Positions 28,016 to 42,557 of a stretch of DNA of 64,000 nt are shown here, one piece after another. The position numbers and the translations under genes were made by a program. The notes beneath the pieces are model-generated. The model was not told the origin of the DNA, made no database searches, and saw only the letters and a list, made by a program, of their open reading frames with translations. Position 1 is the first letter of the stretch; each line of letters starts with the position of its first letter. Origin of the DNA: the human T2T-CHM13v2.0 reference genome, Homo sapiens; NCBI RefSeq assembly GCF_009914755.1, contig NC_060932.1; one strand, given 5' to 3'.

Positions 28016-30246
28016 TAAATGTTTCTTAAATATCAGTTATTCTGAATAAGTAACTACATTTTACTTCTCAGTTGTTAGTTGTTAAAAATTCTTTACAGTT
28101 AAATGATGCTGGAACCCAACTAGTAATAACCATTAATCAAAAAGCCTCATGTAAATAGGATCATTATCATTTATTTTACATACTATGATATTCCAAAATA
28201 GATAAGACATCCTGAAAAGCTTTGTGAAAGAGTCATGTGGCTAACTAATGTTTTGAAAGATATCTAGAAGGTTATATTCTAATTTTAAATGGTAAATATT
28301 CTGACTTCAAATTGTGAACCCCAATTTTTTTCATGTTAATTTGGACTTAATTTATAGATTCAGCAACTCAAAGTCAGTGGAGGGTGAGAAGGAGTCTTAA
28401 GAACAAATCTAAAGGAAGCCTATTGTCTTTCTTGCATGGCTATATTTGCTGTACTCACTTATCTGTGAGGAGTTTAATCTGTATTGTCTCAGATTTTACT
28501 TGTAATAACTTGAGTAGTAGGTATTCTTATGCATATTTTGAGGATGAGGAAACAGGCCCCCAGCTACCCCAAGGGAGACTTATGCTGCTAACATTCATAT
28601 CCAGTGCCTCTTGAATTAATAGCTACTCACTTTCAAGCACTGTTATAAACAATTCCATACCAAGCATATTGACAGTCAGATTAGATAATTTTTTAACATT
28701 CCCCACTGTGGTAAAACTATTTTCATGAATAATCACAAATGAATTAATAATACTGGCCAGAAAATAAATATAGACTGTGAAAATTTTCTATTATTAAACT
28801 CTGTGTGTGTGTTAAAATAGTAGTAAAAAAATCTCAAAATAAGAAAACAAATATTAAAGTACCAAAAAAAAGATGAAGTCATACATTCGTTACATAAGTG
28901 TATTTTTTTAATGGGAAGAAACACACACTGAAGTTTGGACTCTATTTTAGTCTTCTAAATTTTAAGCAGAAACAAAAAATACAAGTGGTTACATAGAATT
29001 CCATCACTGAAATAAGTCAAGTTCTATTTCTTTGTCTTACAATTACTGTTCCATCATATACTGTCTGAATGCACAAATACATAGTAAAATGGAGCTGGAG
29101 ACATAAAAAAAGTGAGCTGCAATAGTTTCAAATCATTAAAACTTTACTCTGAAAATGATTGTTTAGCTTAATTCTAGTGTGTCAAGGACAACAAATAAAA
29201 TAAGATAAAATTCCATTGGTGAATTTGAGTGTGTGTGCAGGGGGTGGGGAGTGAGGGTGAAAACTTTTTTTTAAGCACATTTTAATAGGTAGTTGGTATT
29301 GATTGTGAACCTTCTATATTTTTTGGAAACAATTCATTTCATCAAAGCAACTAAATATAAACATAGTCATGTTTAATTATTTTACTGTTAAGTAAGAAAA
29401 GCTGAAACAACTGAATTATTCCATTTGGTAAGGAATGCCTGGCCACTCTGTGACTCTTCTTCCTGAAACCCATGAAGCCAGACTTCACAGATTGATACCC
29501 CCAAGAGCATCTCCTAATTGTGATTTTTCTCCCACTTCTCTGACTTTGCTTATGCTAGACTATCTGATCTTCTTAGCTAATGTCTATTCATCTTTGAAGA
29601 CTCAGCTCTGGTGAGCTATCACCAGATACTATCATTACCTCAGAATTTATCTGATTAAGGTTTGCTCAAATACTTTTCCATTGTATGCACTGCTTATTCT
29701 GGTCATATAAATTATTGCACTATTTTGAAATTCTGACTTACATATATTTTTCCTTCACTACTTTAGATTATTCGTGTATTCCAGTAACTACTTCCCTGGC
29801 ACTAACAACACCTTTGTGCAATGAATGTGGAAACTCCAATTATGTACAAAAAATAAAATCAGAAATGCTAAGACAATGTTTTCACTCTTTTCAGGTAATC
29901 GTGATACCTTGCAATCATTTCAAATACCAGGTGTTCAAAAGTATTGTGTCAGCATGGCTCTCCTTTTTCATTTTATTTGTTTTTACCCACAAGTAGTCAA
30001 TATTATTTAAGCAAATATCAATCATATCTGACAGAGCTTCCTTAAATATAAATTGAGCTACCACAAGTTACTTTAAAGAAATAACAAAAATGAGGATATT
30101 TAGTTCAGTTCACTTGTGATTGATGGCTTCCTGTCTTGAAGGAGGCAACACAGAGTGCTACAAGTCAAATACAAACAAGCTGCCTGTCTACAACTAAACT
30201 CATCTTTGTCTCCCAAGTCTTTCCTGACTTGATAAAAGATATATGC

Positions 30247-30623
30247 TGATATGGTTTGGTTGTGTCCCCACCCAAATCTCATCTTGAATTGTAGTTTCCA
30301 TAATACCCATGTGTCATGGGAGGGACCCAGTGTGAGGTAACTGAATCATGGAGGTGGTTACCTCCATGCTGTTCTCATGACAGTGAGTTCTCACGAGATC
30401 TGATGTTTTCATAAGGGGTTTACTGCCCCTCTCCTTCACACTGCATTTCTCCTATGCTGCCACCACGTGAGGAAAGACATGTTTGCTTCCCCTTCTGCCA
30501 TGATTGTAAGTGTCCTGAGGCCTCCCCAGTCCTGAGGAACTGTGAGTCAATTAAACCTCTTACATTTATAAATTACCAAGTCTTGGGTATTTCCTTACAG
30601 CAACATGAGAACAAACTAATACA
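30247..30623 (+). mobile_element. THE1 (C/D-type) solo LTR
   Basis: tgatatggtttggttgtgtccccacccaaatctcatc...ctaataca, with TSD tatgc/tatgt. Confidence 0.92.
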
Positions 30624-31493
30624 TATGTCTTGTCACCAAATTCATTCATCAACATTTATGATGACCTACTGTGTTTCTATGCTAGGCTGTGAGATGCAGG
30701 GTCAGCTTCATGGAGCTTCATCCTACAGTATATCTTTCCATCAGCTTCATACATAGAAGCATTCAGGTCATTACTTTGTATCTTCTAAATGTGTCTTGAT
30801 TCTCATCTACCACATTCTCATGATTCCCTTCATTACATCTTCAATGCAGGCCCACACCATCTCTAGCCTCGTAAGTAAAGTTCCTGTGTACAAATCCTGT
30901 CCAAATCCAATTTATTCTCCACACTTTTATGGAAGTGATTAATCTAAAATGCAAATATGATCATGTCACTTCCCTATATAAGGCAGTTTTGCTGTGGAAT
31001 TGAGCAGATGGGCTGCATCAATAGTTTGATATTTTCACATTTCCCCCAGCTATTTCCTTGGCATTTAATTTCTAAAGTCTATCTAGAATCCTGGCACCAT
31101 CACTGCAACTACTATTTAGAAAAGGATTCATGTATGCTTTTTAATTTTCTGATGTAAACTCTAGGTTATTAAATTCTATTAGTGTTTTATTAATGCTTGT
31201 TAAGCAACAACTGTTTTACAATTTCAGTCTTTATCTGTAATTTAGTTTCTGGAAAAGGGATTTGGACCAAGCTAAAACAGAGTATACAAATGTAAGTACA
31301 AAAAAATATATTCTCAAAACAGAGATATGTTAAAGATGTATTCTTAACATAGAGAAAATAATTTCATCACAGAGGGTAAAAACTTGGATATACCAAACAA
31401 CCATGGGAGATATGATCTGGGGAAAAAAACAAGAAAACCTGAAAACTTGATCTCAAATTTGCAACCACATTAGAAACCAGGTTAATATCCAAT

Positions 31494-31600
31494 TATTCAA
31501 CAAATATTTATTGAGAACTGATAATGTACAGTGTAAATGAATATTCCTGGAGCTGAGAATATACAGCTCCTGCCTTCAAAAATTTCACAGGCTAGTGGAG
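31494..31600 (-). mobile_element. L2 3' fragment
   Basis: attcaacaaatatttattgagaactg...cagctcctgccttc. Confidence 0.6.
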
Positions 31601-31889
31601 GAGTCCAATACATTAGCAAATACTTACCACCCTGTATGCTAAATTCAGTGGTGGAAATTCTTTTCTTGGTGTTCCATTCATGTGACTCTTTACTTAGAAT
31701 GACTTTTCTCTTCCCCTCTACATATATGACATGTATCACTTTGCCAGCAGAGAATAAGGCTCATCTGTTCCGTGGATCCTCCCTGAATTCTCATTATTCC
31801 ACCCTACCATGTTCATAAATCACTTGAACTTAATGGGCATTAATACTGGCACCACCCATTCTGATCTGCATGTGTTGTCTTTAGTTTTT

Positions 31890-32358
31890 TCTTTTTAATT
31901 AAATTTTTTTTGAATTGATAGATACAATTGTATGTGGATATTTATTGTGTACAACATAATATTCTGAAGTTTACATGAATTGTGGAATTGTTGAACCCAG
32001 TCAACTAGCATATGCATCACCTCACAAAGTTGTCATTTTTGTGGTGAGCACATTTTACAACCACTCTCAGAATTTTTTCAAGAATCCAATATATCTTTAA
32101 CTATAGTCACCATGCTGTATAATGTATCTCTAGAATTTATTCTTATTATAGAACTAAAATTTTGTATCCTTTGACCAACATCTCCCCACCTTCCCACCCC
32201 ACTAAATACCTCAACCCCTGTTAACCATCATTCTACTCTCTAATTCTGTGAAATTGACGTTTTTAGATCCCACATATGACAGATCATACAATATTGGTTT
32301 TTCTGTGCTTGGGTAATTTCACTTAACATAATATCTTTCAAGTTCATCCTTGTTGTTC
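31890..32358 (-). mobile_element. L1MA (7/8-like) 3' end
   Basis: catatgcatcacctcaca...taactatagtcaccatgctgtata...aaccatcattctactctc...atttcacttaacataat. Confidence 0.8.
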
Positions 32359-33881
32359 TTATTTAAAGGTGATGTCTGATGGAGAAACTCTGTGCTTCAT
32401 GTTGCATGTGGCATTGGGGACACAAGCAAAAAAGATATATATATATAGTTCAAGGTTTCATGAAACTGTGGTCTAGCATGAAAGACAGCCATTAAATATC
32501 AAAACATAGACATATGAAATGAGTGCTATGACCCCAGAGTGTGGCAGGACAACATAAAGGTACAACTAACATATTTTTGTTATTACTAGTATGAAAAGCT
32601 GTAAGAATGACTTTAAATGGCTCCTCCTACCTGGATTTCAATTAGGCAGAGAGTTTGAAAATAATTTTGGTCATCATTAAAAACTGTGTGACACATAGCC
32701 TAAAGTCACATTGAACTTTACTAATATGCAGACAATTGATAATTTAAAATGCTTATGATTAAAATATTAAAAGCAACAAACTCATTTACAAACATGAAAG
32801 TGTGTAACCTCTGCTGGAATAGATCATCAGAAATTTTTTTTCTTTTTTTAATAAAAACTTAAAGTTTAAAAATTATCAGTGATTTTTCAGTAAACAACAT
32901 TCACAGAGAAGCCACTATCCTGTGGACTTTATAATGATAAGAAGAAATTGAGGTCAAAGTTTCTGTATTTTAGCAACAGGTGGGATTAAAAAACAGTAGT
33001 GTCTGGTGGTATTATCTCTAATACTTCTTGCATAAAACTTTCTTACAAAGACCTCTTAGAATGTATTTAATTTTGTCCTACACATCCAAGGCTGGGAGAA
33101 AAGCAAACCTGTTTTTGAATCAAATACTTGTACGAGGAACATCAGGTAGGAAGCGTCTACAACCAGTTTTCTAACTCCGCTTCCATATTTTCCCTATTAT
33201 TACTCTCTTTCCCAAACAAATCCAAGAAATTAGCCATAAAGAGACTCAAATGAAGAGTGACAAAAAAACAGATTAAGTGGGAAAAAAGAAAGCAGTTATT
33301 ACCAACCCCCAGAAACTTCCCCATAACTCTTCCCAAAGATAGATACATTATCTCATGTAAGAAAATGTTACATGATTAAATTCACTCATTTAGGTAATCA
33401 GTTATAATAATCACTATATATGCCAGATACTGACGGCAGGCCTGAAGCATGTGCGAATCCTCAACTAGCTGATAATTTGTTGCCTTTTCAAATCAATACT
33501 ATTTAATTACTAACTGGGATCAGGAAGAAACTGCTTTTTCAGTAATAAAAATTATATATATATATTTTATGTTTAGGATATGGGATTTATTATATGAATA
33601 TCAATTCATAAAAGAACACTTATGAACTAGAAGGTAAATATATTAAGAGGTATAGTAAACTGGTCACATAAATCACTTGGAAAAAGCCTATGCCAAGCAT
33701 TAGTAAGTTTCAGAATTTCAACTGATGGCAACTGCTGATTTTGGATAATACTCAGTTCACTGGTCTAGAGATTGATGGTGCGGACTATAAAATGTAATAT
33801 GGAGCCACATTAGCCTGTCCTAAATGTACTCAAGAGAGACAGGTCAACAGAGGGAAAAGGGATTTAATTTAGTTGTTACGG

Positions 33882-33886
33882 GTGTT

Positions 33887-33921
<35 letters not shown>
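33882..33921. repeat. (TG)n microsatellite
   Basis: Directly visible. Confidence 0.95.
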
Positions 33922-34296
33922 TTACTTTCACTTGAGGTAATGAAGGATTCTAGATGAGGATAGGATCAATTTTTATTTCTGTGATTTAATGCTCTGACTA
34001 GTTGTGCAAGCTCTGCCAGCCCCAAAATGTGGCTCTGAAGATAACTTTAGAATTATTGTTGTCAAGTCATTCCCTGCCCTCACAGATATTTAGGTTAACT
34101 TCATTAGACTATAGGCTATTGAAATAACAAAAGGAAGAAATGAAACTGAAAGAAGCTTAAACTACCTCTGGATATTGACATTGATGTCTCCTTTTGGTTT
34201 TAATGTTTAAAAGGTTAACCTGAAAGTCAGATTCTACTACTAAATATAAAAATTAATTTTTAAGTTTACCAAAAATCAATTATACTTTTTGAATTT

Positions 34297-34395
34297 TATT
34301 TTTGTTTTAAGCTGACTGGCAATATAAAAAATAGGTGAATATTTTTGTTTTAAGCTGACTGGCAATATAAAAAATAGGTGATAAAAAATAGGTGA
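34297..34395. repeat. Perfect tandem duplication (42-bp unit, period 43) plus a third partial 14-bp copy
   Basis: tatttttgttttaagctgactggcaatataaaaaataggtga at 34297-34338 and 34340-34381, then taaaaaataggtga at 34382-34395. Confidence 0.95.
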
Positions 34396-35310
34396 TTTTT
34401 TTAAGAATAATTTTCTAAAAGGTAATTTTCTCACTGTATATGTATTTTATACATAAAACATACAGTACACTAAAAGTTGCAGATTGCTAGTAATGACTTA
34501 GAGAAAAGGGCAATAGGAAAAATGAATGGTGATGAGGTATGGTGCGTGTCTACTGTTCAATTTCTTTAGAGAGGTCGAGCTTGAACAGCGAAATGATGGA
34601 TGAATTCTGTATAGTGCACTACTCAATAAATATATGAAGGCCACCTTGAGCTGTGAAATCTACTCTCTCTACAAAGTGAAATTATTTTTAGCTGACCCAT
34701 GCTTGTCACCCTGAATGTGAAACTTGCTGTACTTTACAGCTACATACTCCTTTTTGAGGATTGACTGCCTCTGTGGCAATTGTTCATGAAGTTCTACATA
34801 TTGAGTCATATTCACCACAAGCACAAATATACCAAAAATGGGATAGACAATAGACAAAGCTTAGTAACTTTTTTCTTTATTTTCATACTAATTTCCACAC
34901 CTCTATGCACAGCTTGAAAATCTTTTCTCTCCTCTCTCTTGGAGAATCTACCTCTCCTAGGCCCCAGTCATAAACTTTGACACTTTGAAGGTTTTTACTT
35001 TCCTTTCACCTCTCTAGTTTTGTCTCCCATTCTCTCATCTTTTGATTCTACATTACACAATCCCACTGAATCATTTGAGAACTAACAAATACCTCCTACA
35101 GGTGAAAAAAAAAATGAGTGAGCAAAGCAACAACCCAAAGCAAGGCAGAGGGTAAAGCTAAGACTATTCCATATGTTAATAAATATTTTCCTGTAATGCA
35201 AGAGTTGGAGATTCATGCCTATGTCATGTTGTATTGTTCTTCACTAAACACGGAAGATTGCACAAACTGAAGGTCAAGATTCCTTAATAAGTTATAAAAT
35301 TTATTCAACT

Positions 35311-35612
35311 TATTTTACTTTATTTTAGGGTCTTGCTTTGTTGCCCAGTCTGGAGTGCAGTGGTGCCATCATATCTCACTGCAGCTTTGAATGCCAGGGC
35401 TCACGTGATTCTCCTGCCTCAGCCTCCTAAGTGACTGAGACCACAGGTGTGAGCCACCACACACAAATAATTTATTATTTTATTTTATTTTATCTAAATA
35501 TAGAGTCTCACTATGTTACTCAGGCTGGTCTCAAACTCCTGGGCTCAAGTTTTCCTCCTGCCTTGTCCACCCAAAGTGTTGGGATTAAAGATGTGGGCCA
35601 CTGCACCCAGCC
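35311..35612 (-). mobile_element. AluJ
   Basis: Diverged Alu reverse complement with an expanded (TTTTA) linker. Confidence 0.9.
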
Positions 35613-35660
35613 AGAATCAATGTATTAGATCAGGACATGCATTGCATTTTTAATGAATTA

Positions 35661-35936
<276 letters not shown>

Positions 35937-36348
35937 TTATAATGATATCAGGTGCTAAACTATTAATTTCCAAACAGTTACAACTTAATTCTGAAGAATA
36001 TGTTAACTTTTTTTGTAACTATTAACTGAGATCAAATTACATTTTTGGCATGAATTACAGGAACAGAAAAGAAACTGTGACTTCAATTAAATTATAATTC
36101 CAAAAGTACAGGCTAATCAGTTCAAACAGAAGTTTGTATGAAAGCAATGCTATCATTGTTTATTTAGAAATAAATGTATACAGTAGGCTCATATTCTGAA
36201 AAGACAGAATAACTTAGCATTGCAAACAGCTACCTTTCAAGGGCAGAAATAACAAAGAAATAATACTTCTTTTATGTATTTTATCAGTTGTGTGGGACAG
36301 AATATCTGTTCTTGTGGGAAGAGATGTCTGGGGACATATTTAGGTCTA

Positions 36349-36710
<362 letters not shown>

Positions 36711-37633
36711 CCTACAACAAACCTATTTGAAAAATAATCATAACTGTTTGCTTTACAAATGACTACAGCAGACTTTTTAATCAAGCTAATAATTATTAAC
36801 TTTTGTATTTAGTGAGTTAAAAAGCATAGAAAGCCATCTATTTTAGTGCTAAGTTTTTTTTTGTTAGAATCAATTACTTCTTTTATTTATTGTATGAATC
36901 TCCTTTATGGTTATTGTTGAATTTATTTGCAAAATTCCATTAGTGTGTGCATATGGTATAATAGCTATTTTGTTTTTTCAGTGGGATATGTGGGTTTAAG
37001 TTGTCAAGGAATTGGGTAGGTTTTCAAATATACTAACTCCAGAACACATTCATTTGCTTCCAAAACAAACTTGGAGGTGTTTACCTGTGCCCAAGCATTT
37101 TTGAAAAGTTATTCCAGACAGTGTGAAGTGGTACTTGGGAGTAAAATCTGACAGATGTGAGCTGCAAACTCACCACTAAGATTCCCTAACAAAGTAACTT
37201 TGGACAAGTTAATGAAATAAGACTACCTTATTCAATTGATATAAATATTAAATAAGATAATGCAAACCCCTGGCATAATGCCTGGCATAAGTTCATAATC
37301 ACATTTGTTTTTATACAATTTACGAGGCAGAGTTGGCATTTATACCAAATTGGTTGTTTGATTTATAAATGGAAATTTCAGTCTACTATGCTAATTTGCT
37401 ATCATCATCATTGCTGTTGTAAGCACTCTGCAAAGCATCTTCCTTTAACTTTCCTCCAAAAGTCTACCAGCATTTTTTTCTCCTTTATGAACTCTTCAGT
37501 ACTTATAATCTATGCCACATAATACCATCTAAAATGCTGTATTGTTATTAATATTTGTACTTTGCTTTTTCCCAGAATAAGATTGTAAAGTCTTCCAGAA
37601 GAGAGAAGAAAACAAAATCACGTAATTCCACTT

Positions 37634-37836
37634 GGCAGACGTAAATTTACTGTGAAGTTAACAAAGCTCCTACCTCGCACAGGCTCCTTCTAAGACCCTA
37701 GAAAGGAACCATCAATGTGTTCACAAGGATACATTGTTTTATAAAATTTGCAAAAAAACACTTTAACAAATTCTTTTTCTTAATGAGGGCTCCCCAAGTA
37801 ATAAGCTTTAGTACACACAAAACTTGTATCCATTCT
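37634..37836 (+). mobile_element. hAT-type DNA transposon relic (Tip100/Zaphod-like)
   Basis: atttactgtgaagttaa...ggctccttctaagaccct...caatgtgttcaca...taaaatttgcaaaa resembles a remembered consensus. Confidence 0.45.
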
Positions 37837-38319
37837 CACCTCTGGACATGAACTCAATGAAAAAGCTCATCTATTTGTAAAGTTGCCTCATACTTGAAAA
37901 TCTTTGACCTAATGTTTTTAAACGAATTCAATGACGAGTTCACCAGAGTAGATCTTCAGTCCATGGTACATCTTGACTGACTGCATACTTTCAGCAAAAA
38001 GCAAGGTGCACTTTGTTTTATCTATTCTTAAGCATGGTAGAGCAGCTACACTCAGAGTTGGCAATCAAAATAGCACTGAAGATTTTGCAGGGGAAAAGAA
38101 ACCACAGACACTGTTACCTTTGGGACAATGTTTTTGAAATAAGCATAGATGTGATTCCAGAAAAATAAGGTATGGAAAAATGTAGAAAAGTAGTTATTTT
38201 TCTTGAAAATAGAGAATACCTTTTTGTGCGGGTAGATAGCATTGAATTCTCAAGTATGCCAATTATAATAACAATACTTTACAAAAACAACAAGAATAAG
38301 GCAAAGTGCTCTATAACCA

Positions 38320-38480
38320 TTATCTCTGAACAACTCTGTGTGGCAGGTATTAACATTCTTGTTTCATACATGAGACAATTGACACTTAGAATTAAGTAAT
38401 TTGCACATGGCTGCACAGCTAGTAAGAGACAAGCTAGTACTAGAAGCTAGTCTAAATTTTAACCATTATATCACACTGTA
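38320..38480 (-). mobile_element. MIR fragment
   Basis: aacaactctgtgtggcaggtatta...attaagtaatttgcacatggctgcacagctagtaag. Confidence 0.6.
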
Positions 38481-39071
38481 TATGATGTATGCCAAAACTG
38501 AAAATACTGGCTTTTAAAAGTAGAATTCATCATGAGCTCATTTCTAAGATTAATTTTCTCAGGTACATTTCAATGAAGTCAGACCCAGGCTCTGGAAACT
38601 AATGAACTTGGGTATGATGCAATAACTTAAAATGTTTTTTGGTAAGTAATCATTTTTCACAGCAGTTAGTGGAATGCCTACTAAGACAAAAACACAGATG
38701 GGGCACATTTTTTAACTTGTATACTTTCAAGATAACTTAAAAAATGATTTACGTCTTAGATTTAAAAACTGTGTCTGATATACTATGCTCTGAAAACAAT
38801 GTGCATTTTTCCTCTCTGTATTTTTTCACTGAGTTGTCACTGCTAATTGGTAGAGATACAATCTTGATTATTTCTCAAAAACTCTGAAAAGATGTTTTCA
38901 TTTTTTTGTATTTATGACCATAATGCATTTACTATAGGCATGAAAATTATATTTACACCATTAAATTTGAACATAATTTGTGGCAATGCCCTAAATACCA
39001 GAGGATAAAGATAAATCAGACATGACACACTCTCCCAAATGACTTCCAGTCTAACATAATGATTGTCAAAT

Positions 39072-39230
39072 AGAGTGCATATGAGAATCATCTTGGATGC
39101 TTTTAATATTTGTGAGGGAGCTGTCCCCAGAGAAGATTAGTTACAAAATTGAACTAGAACCTAAGAAATCTAAATTTTAATTGCTCCTCTGATTCCTAAA
39201 TGGCTTATCCTATCTTGAGAAACTGATCTA
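39072..39230. mobile_element. MER5-like hAT relic
   Basis: tgcatatgagaatcatcttggatgctttt...ttgagaaactgatcta. Confidence 0.45.
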
Positions 39231-39576
39231 ATGAAAAAGACATGTGTGCAACTAATTTCCATATAAATGTATATTAAAGTAAATATAATAAAGTTATAAA
39301 AGATATTTTTCTATGCCTTATTCTGATTAAAAATAATCAGCATATTCAGTTTCCATTTAGAAAGAGAGTTACTAGGACAAAGACATGAGGTATACAGGAA
39401 AAGGTCCCCTTCTTTTATCCATGATTATATGAATTAAAGTCATTTTAAAATCATAAAACAGAAAAATATTGATAGTACTATATACTACATCCTATACTGC
39501 TAAGTACAATAAATTTCTCCCAGCTATAGTAGTTTTTCTGCTTAAAGAACAAAATTTGGAGGATAAGCTAGATTTT

Positions 39577-39715
39577 TATGTATATATATGTATACAAAAA
39601 AGTGTATGCATGTATACATATTTGTGTATACATATAAAAAAATATACACAAATACATATACAAAGATATGCATATACAACAACTGTGTATACATATACAG
39701 ATATACACACACACA
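39577..39715. repeat. Degenerate TA/CA low-complexity tract
   Basis: Directly visible. Confidence 0.8.
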
Positions 39716-42131
39716 TTTCCCTCCTACTTGCATTGTTATTCAGTAGTAATTGTTTATTTCTAGGTTCTATATAAATTTTATGTTAGCGTAGTAGGAGTCT
39801 ACTGAAATGCTGACATTTCAAATATATTATTGGAAATGAAATCAGTCTATCAATAAAAGGAAATGTGTTACAAATGCACACAATGCAGAGACATATGGCA
39901 TTTGAATGAATGTGAATGCCATTGTGAGAAGTCAACTGTGGATGCTCAGTGGGAAATCCTCATCATTTTGTATTTAGTCTTTATCCAATGTGGACTTTAA
40001 ACTTGGCTAAAAGACGGGTTCTTATTTGAGCACAGCTAGAGACTGATTAAGTTATGTTTTTACCATACCCTAATGAAATTCACTGGATTTATATAAGATT
40101 TAGTGCCTAAACCAAAAGGGATATGAAGAGATATATCAACATTCTAATGTTAAAAAGGAATAGCTTTTGGAGTAAAATCAACAGTTGAAAGCAGTTGTAT
40201 TTCACTGTTTTAGATGTTTCAGATGTAAATCACTAGGTTTAATTATTTCCAACATGTTCCACATGTTTCTATCAATTTAATATCATTTCCAACAAGCAAA
40301 CACATTTTGTTACATTTCATTGATTTTAAATGTCATAAAAAGTAAGAGTAAAACAGTAGTTCAATGTATACTTATTTACAGAAAAAGTTTATGATTTGAA
40401 TATGCTCTTTCAGAAGACGAAATTGCAGACAACTTACATAGCCTTTGTCACGACGGAATATGTATTCACTAAATGGATGAACTAAGGAATCTCTGGATTC
40501 ATAAACAAATATGTCAATAAAGCATGGGAATTCCATGTGACCATATTTTCCTCTCTTTGGAGCCATATATATATGTGTGTGTGTATGTATATATATATAC
40601 ACAGATCTGAATTATATGAACAATATAATTTGGATATTGAAAGCTTTTCTTTTATAACAAAATATACTCTTTTTTTCTTTTGTCAGATTTTAGTGCTCTT
40701 GAAAAACAATAGTACAATTGGTAGCTTTCCAGTAATTTTTAATGTTAATTCTTACAAAAATGTCACAAGTATGGTGAATTCAGTAGCATTATTCAGAGCA
40801 AAAATAGCGAATGTTTCAAGCTCGTATGGCTACATGAAAGCCCAAGAGAGCTCCTCTACCTTCAATTAACTTATACGTCAGCGATGTCTCTCTCCTTTCC
40901 CTCCCACTTTATTTGTGGTCCATTCTATATTACCTAGCACTTGAGGATACAGTTTTATTTAAAGTTTTCTATTTGCTGAGTCTCATCTACCCCACATTAT
41001 TAACCCTCGAAGGGCAGAAACATGAACTTCCCTCACAATTCTCCATCATATCTAACCTCTCCAACTATGCCCAAGCAATTACCAGGACCAAAATAATTAT
41101 CTCTGATATGTTTCTTGCTTCTGCCTTTTTCATTCCATTCACCTTGAAATTTTCATAGCATTTCAGTGACAGGAAACAAACAACAAAAAGAAGGCAAGTG
41201 AAAATTTACCCATTTAAATGTAAGAGCCTGAGACTAGTTGTTGCCATTTTAAGAGGTGACTGTTGCTGAAAACAGTTGATCAGGAGGTAGAACTTCTTGG
41301 AGATAAATTTTGATTTCTGGTTATAAACTCTAACATGTGACAGAATGCTGACAGTTCAGAATTCTGCTGGAGTCACTAAGGTGGTATTTTGAGTTCACTG
41401 TCAACTTCTCTATTTAAATGACTAAATTAATCTCATTGATGTCTCATAATGTCCTAAATTTTCAAAATGCTGACATTAGTACTAATTTCAGCATCTCTTT
41501 TAACAAAATTTTCTGACTTTGTCTTGGATTTGCTATTTGAAATATGAAGCAACTGGGTATGGCAGAGCAATAGTTACTTTAAAAAAAATAGTAAACCAAG
41601 AGAAAAAACTCTACTGGCTTTCAAAAAAATCTTTTATAAAAGATCTACCATATAAATCAAAGAGAACCTCTAATTTTCTCTAGACAATGTTAAATTGGCC
41701 AACAGGGTCATGAATCATGTTATCCATCTAGATATAGCTAGTGCTCAACAGGAAAGACTCATAAAAGGGTAGTTAGCATTTGGTTAAATAAATGAAAAAA
41801 TAATTATAACCCCATATAGCTACTACCAAATTCAGTATAATTGTGTAATAAGCTTTTACACCACATTTCTAATGAGTTTATTAATACTCTTTCTGAATCT
41901 TTTCCAAAGTAGGCACTGAATTCTGAGGAAGGAAGAATGAGAATAGGTTTTAGCCCTTAGTCATTGTCTTGTACTCTTGCTAATTTTACAAGCTGTTGAA
42001 CCTCCCTGCTTAAATTTTCTCATAGGTAAATTGTACCAATCATACTTCCTCTGCATGCTTCACAGATATATTATGATAATAACATGAGATTCTGTACCTG
42101 TAAGCACTTTGAAAAATATAATGCAGTGTGA

Positions 42132-42430
<299 letters not shown>

Positions 42431-42557
42431 GACATACTTTTAAAATAATAATTCCATTTTGGAGAACAGGAACTTAATAATGATAGCATAAAGGCATATA
42501 ATCTGTAGGACTTTATATATTTATATATACCTTTGTATACAAAAATACAATTAATTT

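Noticed and set aside
34297-34395. CRISPR-like direct repeats
   Set aside because: Only two adjacent copies with no spacers, in eukaryotic DNA; a simple tandem duplication.
39895-39922. 8-bp inverted repeat atggcatt/aatgccat (similar ones at 34553-34588 and 11881-11893)
   Set aside because: Stems this short are expected by chance in 64 kb of AT-rich DNA.
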